A stretch of 34,172 bases of DNA from NCBI RefSeq assembly GCF_001186125.1, contig NW_014040315.1, positions 26,658-60,829 of the forward strand, in the 5' to 3' direction. Position numbers and translations under genes: made by a program. Numbering within the stretch: position 1 is the first letter of the stretch; every line of letters begins with the position of its first letter. The notes below the pieces were generated by a model that was not told where the DNA came from, did not search any database, and was given only the letters and a program-made list of their open reading frames with translations. Shown one piece after another: positions 1 through 8,619 of the stretch. This stretch comes from Sphaeroforma arctica JP610 (taxonomy: Eukaryota).

Positions 1-5
1 TATAT

Positions 6-38
<33 letters not shown>

Positions 39-107
39 ATATATATATATACATATATAGTATACATATTCAGCATATATAAAATGCGCTCACAATATCT
101 AGCTTAC

Positions 108-224
108 GCCTTCCGCAACATCGTCGTCAATTGCCACACTGTCATCCTGCCAACCACATTCGGTGCACGTTTGGTACCCATCTCGTTCAACAAATTCTCT
201 GGCTCCACAGTCTCCACAACGCAT
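108..224 (-). CDS. First coding exon of a TFIIB-superfamily zinc-ribbon protein, most like TAF1B/Rrn7 (Pol I core factor); gene continues past the left edge
   Basis: Frame not in the ORF track: ATG at 224 gives MRCGDCGAREFVERDGYQTCTECGWQDDSVAIDDDVAEG, followed by donor GTAAGC at 107. C-x2-C-x13-C-x2-C with a DGY motif; the short spacing fits TAF1B/Rrn7 better than TFIIB/Brf. Confidence 0.6.
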
Positions 225-1052
225 TGCTTAAACGAGCTCGGTGAACCAATGCACTTTTCTAAAACCCTAAAAACACGCAAGGTTTCTAATATGTTCAACC
301 TAAAACAATATATCCACAGTACGTAGTATGGGTAATTACGATAGCGTCGGCACGATATTCATATTACCACTCCTCAAAAGTACAAATATATTTAGCTGCC
401 GAAGTCTAATATTAAAATAAGGAGGTGGAAGGAATTCAGCCACCTGCTACTAGATGAGAAATCCGCCATTCCTAATTTAGCCAATGCATTCGATATTGCT
501 AATGCTTCTCCACAAAACGCGCGAAATGATATTTATGTATTTATTCTGATTTTTGAATCGTCCCGTCACGCATGATTCGTCTCGTGGTATTTTATATCTT
601 TTTCTAAAATATACATATTTATCATATGTATACAGATGTGTACATTGCGTAAATACATAAATAAAAAATACATATTTCAATGACCCAATGTCAATCCACA
701 TATTTCGTCATCATCATTTTCTTTTTGGATTTCACTGTTTCAGAATTTAGAGGTGATTGGAAATGGGTCTCGAGACTCGAGACGCGTAGAGGCAGCACCC
801 AGACTGGCAGAAGTTGATGACTCCCATTTTAAAATGAGTGTTGGGTGATGACTGAATGACGGAATGACTGATGAGTCCCCGTGACCCATCACCTCAACAA
901 GTCTGAAGTCTGAACTGCCCTCAAGTCCTGAACTCTGAAGTCCCGTTAAAAGAAATCAAGTTTCCTGTACAATCTATCGAAATAGTCCAAGACCCAACCC
1001 CCAGAGGACCATGTGTATTTAATCAGAGTATGTCTATTTTAGAAGGCTATGC

Positions 1053-1499
1053 AGAGTAAATGAGTTTAACTACAAGAATAAGATCAAGTATATCGAGTAC
1101 GGTACACCCGGGGTGGCCAAGCCATTCGCCCAATGGTTAGCCGATGAGAAAACATCGGTAGATTGGACAACGACGTTAGAGTATTTGGGGGGCACAGTTG
1201 ACGAGAATATGGGTGTTGCTGATGAAAACAACACTGCAATCTTGGAAATGTACACCGACTACGTTACCGTCACCGAATCGGCACCCGAGGTAGTTGTCGA
1301 CAAGGCAGAGACACACTTTGGGTTTAGGGTAGAAGATATGCAGACTATTTTACCCGAGCTCGTGTACAGCGACAATAACGGGGTTGCGCGGGACATTAAA
1401 TGGAACAATATAACGACGCTGCTAGTGAAGGAGAATCAGCAACTACACGTCACAATTGCAGACCTTGTTGCGCGAGTTGAGGCCCTTGAGCAACCTTAA
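1053..1499 (+). pseudogene. 5'-truncated peptidase S74 / intramolecular chaperone (fibre C-terminal) domain
   Basis: Reads RVNEFNYKNKIKYIEYGTPGVAK...HFGFRVEDMQTILPELVY...DIKWNNITTLLVKENQQL...LVARVEALE. Colinear with the C-terminus of ORF 1885-2886; lacks the S-x4-K cleavage motif and an upstream ATG. Confidence 0.7.
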
Positions 1500-1592
1500 T
1501 TATCACTTGACGCTTTCATTAGTGTTAACTTAGCATACAATTTCTTATATGGTTGCGCTCCTATACGGCACTAAACGCTTTATGATCCAACA

Positions 1593-1788
1593 TTAAATGT
1601 AGTCTTCAACACCACTGGTCAGTTCGGGTGATTTGTTTTCAAGCGCGCCGGTGTCAGACAGAGTTCTCCGTCCTTGAGTAGTTGTTTAAGCAGTTTGACG
1701 GGATCCACTTCTAATTCTTTGAGAAGTTGTTCGACTCGTCTGACGTGATCCACTTCAGAGTCTCGGTTGGTTCATCTTCGGGATCCAT
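1593..1788 (-). pseudogene. Small frameshifted ORF of unknown function in the island
   Basis: ATG at 1788 gives MDPEDEPT; a second frame gives SEVDHVRRVEQLLKELEVDPVKLLKQLLKDGELSDTGALENKSPELTSGVEDYI*. Preceded by the island TATAAA-GTCGA motif at 1843-1855. Confidence 0.35.
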
Positions 1789-1884
1789 CATATTTTTTTA
1801 GACTGATAAACCGCTTGCAACGCAAGTTGTGCGTCGCTAATTTCGACATTTATATTCACTCTATTTAAAAAAATATAAAAAATA

Positions 1885-2886
1885 TTATTTGGCTTCCAAA
1901 GTCGCAAACCGCGCTTCCGTGTCGCTGGTCAACTCGGCAATCTGCGCCGTCAGGATTTGGTTCTGCTTGACTAGCAGCGCCGTAATGTTGTTCCACTTGA
2001 TATCTAGCGCCTTGCCGTCCGTGTCGTCGTACACGAGCTCGGGTAAAATGGTCTGCACTTCCTCGGCCATAAACCCAAAGTGCGTCTCGTCCTTGTCCAC
2101 AAACGTTTCCGGAACAGCTTCTGTTGCCGCCACGTAGTCCGCGTACAGCTGCTGGACGAACGTGTCCTGCTCACCGACACTAGCGGGCGTGTCTTCGGGG
2201 CTGGCCGAGGCAAACCCGGCTTCTCCCAACTTGGCCGCCCAACCTTCGTTGGCCTTCTCGGACACGAGCCAATCGGTAATGGTTGCGGCGACACCGAGTG
2301 TGCCGTATTCAATGTACTTGCTCTTGTTGATGTAGCTGAATTCCTTGACCTCAAGCTGGCCTAGAATAGCTCCGGCGTTGCGCGTTAACGGGACAATGTT
2401 TCCCTTGGTCTCGGTTGTCGATGTCGTGTACGTGATCTCGCCCGTCGTGGGGTTGTACGTCAGCGCATTGGGACTCGCGGCGTTGCGGATCGGCTTGACC
2501 ATGAATGAGTTGGACATGGTCAGCGTGGTGTGCCTGAGTTCTAGGGACATGACCGGCGATCTGTCGCCGCCTTCGCGAGTTTTGATTTGCCACAGTACGT
2601 AGAAGGACTTTTTCTCGGAACTCTGTATGCCTTTGGGGATCTTGAGGTTCCACCGATACGTGCGCGTATCACCGTATGCGGCGCGCATGAGCCTTGTTTC
2701 GGCGTCCTCGTTCCACCAGGTGATTTCGTTGCGATTGCGCACATCACTGGGATCCGACGGATCCTCGCAGCCGTCGCGGTCCTCGGAGTGAATGTCGTTG
2801 CGCAGTACATTGCCGTGTGTGGCGTTTTTGACCACAAACCAGTGCTTCGTGGACTTGTGTCCCGACTCGCACTTGTCCTGTCCCAT
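1885..2886 (-). CDS. Chimeric protein: N-terminal polysaccharide-lyase-like fragment + fibre linker + C-terminal peptidase S74 chaperone domain
   Basis: N-terminus DRDG..RNRNEI..GDTRTYRWNLKIPKG..FYVLWQIK..SPVMSLELR resembles Polysacc_lyase-type jelly-roll motifs. Linker FMVKPIRN..YNPTTGEITY. S74 region STTETKGNI..FGFMAEEVQTILPELV..IKWNNITALLVK ends in a coiled coil. Confidence 0.7.
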   Translation of the reverse strand: MGQDKCESGHKSTKHWFVVKNATHGNVLRNDIHSEDRDGCEDPSDPSDVRNRNEITWWNEDAETRLMRAAYGDTRTYRWNLKIPKGIQSSEKKSFYVLWQIKTREGGDRSPVMSLELRHTTLTMSNSFMVKPIRNAASPNALTYNPTTGEITYTTSTTETKGNIVPLTRNAGAILGQLEVKEFSYINKSKYIEYGTLGVAATITDWLVSEKANEGWAAKLGEAGFASASPEDTPASVGEQDTFVQQLYADYVAATEAVPETFVDKDETHFGFMAEEVQTILPELVYDDTDGKALDIKWNNITALLVKQNQILTAQIAELTSDTEARFATLEAK

Positions 2887-3213
2887 GATTCGGATCTTGT
2901 GTTGGTCAAACGTCGCAAAGGCGTCGTCGCCCCACTGTTTAGGGTTTTACAAACTCAAAATGTTCTTGAAAAAAATACACTCAGGGTTTAAAAGGATTTT
3001 TATTTTATAAGACAGCGCGACCGTTTTCGACAATCCGAAGAATCGGTTTTTTTGGGGGGGGGGAGGGTTATTTGTGTCACTGTATGCATTCCACTTCATC
3101 GTCCACATCTGGAGCGAGAGATTCTTGAAAAATTTGTGGTGTGGGTTTAGGGTTTTAGGGTTTATTAGTGTGTGTTTTTTTTGTGGCATGCGTCGCAAGC
3201 CTTGCGATTCACA
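2850..3213 (+). repeat. Left copy of a three-block direct repeat (partner 4719-5023)
   Basis: Blocks 2850-2884, 2941-3037 and 3183-3213 match 4719-4753, 4781-4878 and 4994-5023 with few mismatches; spacers are diverged. Confidence 0.9.
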
Positions 3214-3217
3214 TTCA

Positions 3218-4550
3218 TCATTCTACGATGTCCACCCACGAGCGCATTGAAGACAGTGACTCCTCCGACAATTTCAAACATTTCCCGAGTGCACTAATGT
3301 CTTCAACGCTAGTCTCACACAAGTCCACTCTTGACAATTTGGAACAGTTCCCGAGCGCACTAATGTCGCAAACATTAGTGCTACTGAAGTAAACCTTCGT
3401 CAGTTCCAAACAATTCCCGAGCGCACTAATGTCGCAAACATTAGTGCGACTAAAGTAAGCCTCTGTCAGTTCCAAACAATTCCCAAGCGCACTAATATCT
3501 TTAACGTAAGTCTCACACAAGTCCACTCTTGACAATTTGGAACAGTTCCCGAGCGCACTAATATCTTCAACGCCAGTATCGCACAAATTCACTATTGACA
3601 ATTTCAAACAGTTCCGGAGTGCACTAATGTGTGCGACATTAGTGTTACTAAAGTATGCCTCTGTCAGTTCCAAACAATTCCCGAGCACACTAATGTCTTC
3701 AACGCCAGTATCGCACAAGTTCACTATTGACAATTTCAAATAGTTCCGGAGTGCACTAATGTGTGTGACATTAGTGCAATTAAAGTTCGCCTCCGTCAGT
3801 TCCAAACAATTCCCGAGCACACAAATGTCACTAATTCCAGTCTCCCATAAGTCCACTCTTGACAATTTGAAACAGTTCCTGAGTGCACTAATGTCAATGA
3901 CGGGGGTGCTAGCCAATCCCACATCTGTCAACTCCAAACAGTTCCCGAGCGCACTAATGTCAGCGACATGAGTGTCATTTAACTCCACGACTGTCAGACT
4001 CAAACAGTTCCCGAGCGCACTGATGTCAGTGACGGGGGTGCTTATCAATCCCACGTTTGTCAGCTTCAAACACTTCCCGAGCGCACTGATGTCAGTGACG
4101 GGGGTGCTTATCAATCCCACGTTTGTGAGCTTTAAACACTTCCCGAGCGCACTAATGTCAGTGACTGTAGTGTTACTCAATTCCACGCTTGTCAGATTCA
4201 AACAGTTTCCAAGCGCACTAATATCGGTCACCGTAGTCGCGCGCAAGTCCATCTTCATCAAGTGTGTCAATCTGTCGATGTCAATAACGCCAAGGGCGTC
4301 TCTACGCAAAGTAAGATTCTTTAGTTTCAGGTTAACCAGTCCAGTGCACTCGGATAAGACCTTAAAATGGAGCGTGGGATACAGCGTGCCAGTCCACTGT
4401 TCGGTACCTTAGATGCAAAATTGGAAGTCTGAGTGCAGCAAAGTGCTTGTTCACCCTGGCTAGCTCACAAACATCCTTCCCTTCGAGATATGGAAGGATA
4501 CCACACCACACGTCGGTGGGGATACGGGTCAGTGAGTGGAAATGGTCCAT
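3218..4550 (-). pseudogene. F-box + leucine-rich repeat protein split by one frameshift near 4410
   Basis: ORF 4362-4550 has an F-box motif (LTRIPTDVWCGILPYLEGKDVCELARVNKHF). The LRR frame is open from about 4408 (GTEQWTGTLYPTLHFKVLSECTGLVNLKLKNL...) and has 14 complete 22-aa repeats ISALGNCLxLxxVxLxxTxVxD plus partial ones. Intronless. Confidence 0.8.
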
Positions 4551-4590
4551 TGTTATGATGTGTAAATATGATGTGTAAAAATATTTGGAT

Positions 4591-4604
4591 TCGACTTATA
4601 TAGT
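4591..4604 (-). promoter_or_regulatory. Putative island promoter motif ACTATATAAGTCGA
   Basis: About 40 bp upstream of the F-box ATG. Near-identical ACTATATAAAGTCGA at 5953-5967 and related ATATAAATGTCGA at 1843-1855 also lie upstream of ATGs. Confidence 0.5.
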
Positions 4605-4718
4605 AACACACTGGATCGTTGTATTGTCTACCAAAGACGCAGGGTGGGTTTTTTTTGCTGGGGACCTTCGACGAGACGACGCCGTCTGATGAACATTTTC
4701 GAAAACAACGGACGTCTT

Positions 4719-5023
4719 TGGACTTGTGTCGGGACTCGCACTTGTCCTGTCCCGATTTTTGAAGGCACTTTCATCTGTCCAGGATTTTACAAACTCAAAA
4801 TGTTCTTGAAAAAAAATACACTCAGGGTTTAAAGGAATTTTTATTTTATAAGACAACGCGACCGTTTTCGACAATCCGTCATTCTATGAAAAATCGTTTC
4901 TGTACAACTATCGTGGCAATCACGTTCAAATTCGGTTACGCACATTCGTCCGGCACGTGGGATACCGGGAATTTACTTTTGTTTTTTTTTTGGGTGGCAT
5001 GCGTCGCAGCCTTGCGATTCACA
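4719..5023 (+). repeat. Right copy of the three-block direct repeat (partner 2850-3213)
   Basis: Contains a remnant of the lyase gene start (GQDKCESRHKS), the ~97-bp intergenic block and the 3' end of the zf-3CxxC gene. Confidence 0.9.
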
Positions 5024-5883
5024 CACCTCACACAGATCGCACCTGTGCGGCTTATCGGATTTAGTTTTTTTTTCGTCCTCGTCGGAATCTGAACGACAAT
5101 CGAACATTGCAAACGGCTTATACTTTGCAGCGCACTTTTTGCACTCCTGGTGGAATTTCGGAAACGCGTGAGCCGAAAGCCAAGAAGTACCACAGGGGTT
5201 TTTATTGGTTTCTGTCGAACACACATAAATGCCGAATCCCTTGGTCGAAATACCTTTCACGAACCAAACGCCGTTGGGAAATGCTTCGGTGAGCCAGTCG
5301 GCGCCAGCATCCACTAGCAGTTTCGACTGCAGGAGTGGGTCCATGCGCTGACGAGATGAAACTCGGAGCTTGCCGATCTCGCGTGCAAGACTATCAACCG
5401 GCGTGGCGGATTTCGAATGAGTCAGCGCGACGTGGTTTCCAATGTCGCCGATGCAAGTGTAGTCGCAGTACTCGCACACCTCCACCTCGGGATCGCCCAT
5501 GGGTAGGACTGGATGTGGCGAGCGAGGCTCCCGGCACAGGAGTATGGGCAAAAGGGGCAGGCACCGGTCACGGGAAGAGGCTCCCGGTGAGCAAGACTAT
5601 CAACCGGCGTGGCGGATTTCGAATGAGTCAGCGCGACGTGGTTTCCAATGTCGCCGATGCAAGTGTAGTCATAGTACTCGCACACCTCCACCTCGGGATC
5701 GCCCCCGTTGGGATGGGTAGACTGGATGTGGCGAGCGAGGCTCCCGGTACAAGAATACGGGCAAAAGGGGCAGGCGCCGGTCACGGGACGAGGCTCGGGG
5801 AGAATGGGCACACCGTGGATGGCGTACTGGTGGTTGACGAGGCTCCCGGTACAGTAGTACGGGCAAAACTTGCAGACAGGCAT
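4973..5883 (-). pseudogene. Tandem C2H2-like zinc fingers + C-terminal zf-3CxxC (ZAR1/RTP-type) domain; frameshift near 5500
   Basis: ATG at 5883; five C-x2-C-x3-C-x6-H-x4-H-type units. C-terminus FGIYVC..CGTSWLSAHAF..QECKKC..P..KPHRCDLCEVC..GC. Comparing the two internal duplicate units shows a +1 and a -8 bp change at about 5495-5510 that shifts the frame. Confidence 0.75.
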
Positions 5884-5952
5884 CTTAGTTATTGAATGTT
5901 TCAATGTTTGAGAGATGTGGTGAGTGAGTGTGAATTGTTTTTCATTTCGAAA

Positions 5953-5967
5953 TCGACTTTATATAGT
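5953..5967 (-). promoter_or_regulatory. Putative island promoter motif ACTATATAAAGTCGA
   Basis: About 70 bp upstream of ATG 5883; shared with 4591-4604. Confidence 0.5.
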
Positions 5968-6537
5968 GAATTTTGCGCGGCCCTGGTAAAAAAATATGAA
6001 AACGTGCGGGTAAATTTTTCAATTAGAAAACGGGTTTAAATGAAAATGGAAAGCTCGCGATTGTGTGAGCTTGAAAAAATGGTTTCCTGAATTCCGACGG
6101 GCAGGTCGGATAGCCGCGGTTTCTTTCGTGTTGTGGGGTGGTGCCGCGCGTACTGCGCCAATATCAGATACCAAGGTTAAAAAAGGAAGCTATACAACAT
6201 CGGCAAGTATATGCCAATAACACCTTCACACTCGTGCCTAATTAACGACTCAAAAGAATAAACATCGTGCAAGCAACCTGGTCAAAACTAGCCTATCAGT
6301 GCATATTTCAATTATCAATAGGCGTATACTAACATCGCCTCGTTAGTGAGTATACGCGAACACCAAACTCGCTTGTCCCAGGGAAATTAAAGACTGTGCA
6401 ATTATGGCACGCGCAGATCCGGCTACAATAGTGCTGATGAGTACCATGCTTTTCCAGCTGGTATTATGGTGAGTTTAGTGACTATGATATATATTAGTGA
6501 CTATGATATATATATATATATATAATACATGTATATA

Positions 6538-6587
<50 letters not shown>

Positions 6588-6619
6588 ATATACCGTAAAA
6601 GTAGTTTTCACTTTCACAG

Positions 6620-8185
6620 GGTTATTAGGCTTCATTGATTTAGTATGGATGTTCACCATCCCAGCTTGTGCTTGTCAACTTTGTGTGTCATTGCAGTACC
6701 ATAAGCACCGTTCTACCCGCTATCCTTCACTCCTTCACTCTATTCATGCTGGTTTTGTGTGAAGCATTGTAGTGCATTTGCTCATTGTGACAATCCAATA
6801 TTGCCTTCACACCCGCGTGCACTGGAAGCATCTACGATAAATCCGCCTATCATGCTCTTCGCGTACTTTTACTAAATATTGTACGAGTATCTGTTCATGT
6901 CTAGCACAGGGTTTGTCGCCCTTGGTCCTTTTGTATTTTTGCTTTATTACATGGTACTTCTGCTTGCCTTCCTATATTCTGGTATTACTTTTCTTCGCAT
7001 GTGTAGACGATGCATATGTAGACGATGTAGGAATATTTGTTTATGTCTAACATACGGTATATCGCCCCTATCACTTTTTGGATATTTATATCATTTCACG
7101 AGACTTCTTCTGTTCCCCTTCCAATATACTTACACACCTCTTGTACTTCGCTTCGCATGTTTGCCTGATTCGTCGTACAGTTGATTGGGACGGGTAGGAG
7201 AGCCAAAGCAGCGGTATGTCGGTTGTAACTGTGGGCTTGATACATATATCGTACGGATGTATGTATATGTGGGGTATTGACTTACGCTGTCTACATGCAT
7301 GTTCAAGCATGTCCATCAAAGGCCGCATTCGTGTGAGAGTTCGTACTCACAAGCCTGTGGCTGTACCCATGCTGGGTGTATTATAGTCTGACTACCTTTT
7401 CTGCACGCGCTCACATAAATGACGTTGCCCATGTGCTTGCGATTTTATGTATTGTCGATAGTCTGACAACCTTTTCTGCACGCGCTCACATAAATGACGT
7501 TGCCCATGTGTGATTTTATGTATTGTCGCTCACTATACTCGCTATCTATATATATATGCGTACATTATGTGATTCGAATGCACTTGATGGTTTTTGATTG
7601 TAGCTATGACTTTGTATATATTGTAGCTATGACTTTGTATATATTGTAGCTATGACTTTGTATATATTGTAGCTATGACTTTGTATATATTGTAGCTATG
7701 ACTTTGTATATAGTTGCTTAGGACCTCGATCTAGTTCCGAGGTTCACCATCCTAGCCATAACTGTGCATCCTAGCTCGCTCCCATTTGAAAGACCCCCCC
7801 GTGATTCACTATAGCTTGCTTGCGCGTCCTTCCGCTCAGATGGACAACAACTTAGAGGGCTGTGTGTTCTTGTACGGTGCGGTATTGGGCTCAGTCGCCA
7901 TCCGAGGGCCTCAGGATGGCTCGTGGCTTGTCGCTGGTCTCTGCATCTCGCTGTGCATCATTCGGTTATTCCATCTATACTTTTGTAAGTCGATATGGAA
8001 ACTGCCTTCGTTTGCCTGTGTCTATATTTACGGTGAGTGTGTATATGATTGGGCCAAGGTTAGTGGGATGAAATTGTCTATACATGTCTACGTGGTAATA
8101 GTTACTATACTTGTGTATGTCGCTATTAAAACGTTCTAGGTTTGGCGTTGGTGGGTGTACCATGCTCATGCGTTGGCCGTGTAAG
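6620..8185 (+). CDS. Probable MAPEG-family membrane protein (multi-exon; ends unresolved)
   Basis: Phase-compatible GT-AG exons 6620-6667, 6910-6953, 7181-7213 and 7840-7984 give LLGFIDLVWMFTIPAWFVALGPFVFLLYYMLIGTGRRAKAAMDNNLEGCVFLYGAVL...IIRLFHLYF. RAxAAxxNxxE and the later R-x2-H fit MAPEG. Likely a further exon from 8140. Confidence 0.45.
7384..7528. repeat. Intronic ~75-bp tandem duplication
   Basis: tagtctgac..ccttttctgcacgcgctcacataaatgacgttgcccatgtg..gattttatgtattgtcg occurs twice. Confidence 0.85.
7598..7712. repeat. 23-bp minisatellite x5
   Basis: ttgtagctatgactttgtatata repeated five times. Confidence 0.95.
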
Positions 8186-8619
8186 CATGTGCATTTGGGT
8201 TTGTTTATTATTTAACATACGTTTAATACATTTGGATGGTCATATTTTGGGTTTCCACTATTCCTAACCTAAGAGTTCGACTGCATATGTACATGCGTAT
8301 GTGATTTAGTTCATTTTTAATTGTTTTCAGACAGGTTTAAGCTGTGGCTAATGGATCGATTCATATTTTTTTTCCTATGTATATATTTTATTTGTAGATT
8401 TAATAATTAATTCATTTGCAGATATTTTTCTAAGTATATATTTTTGAAATAAAAGAATATAGTTGTATACACATACATAAATTGTATCATATTTGCACGG
8501 GCATGTATGTATTTATATCTTTTCAGTCTCCCGCGCATTAACATGTATTACAACTGAGGAAATTAGATTCGTACTGACATTCATGTTATCTTCACTCTTC
8601 TCTTCATACATGTACACCG

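Larger units (their letters stand above)
1053..6150. mobile_element. Endogenous viral-like island (NCLDV- or Polinton-like-virus-derived fragment)
   Basis: Dense, intronless ORFs with no TA microsatellites, set among intron-rich host genes. Content (two S74 fibre chaperones, F-box/LRR, zf-3CxxC) is typical of large eukaryotic DNA virus accessory genes, and several genes are frameshifted. No hallmark gene; boundaries approximate. Confidence 0.65.

Noticed and set aside
3260..4230. 66-bp periodic repeat resembling a repeat-spacer array, plus + strand ORFs
   Set aside because: Fully explained by the 22-aa LRR coding repeat; the + strand ORFs are antisense shadows.
6014..6025. AATTGAAAAA resembling the mimivirus early promoter AAAATTGA
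   Set aside because: Partial single match in AT-rich sequence.
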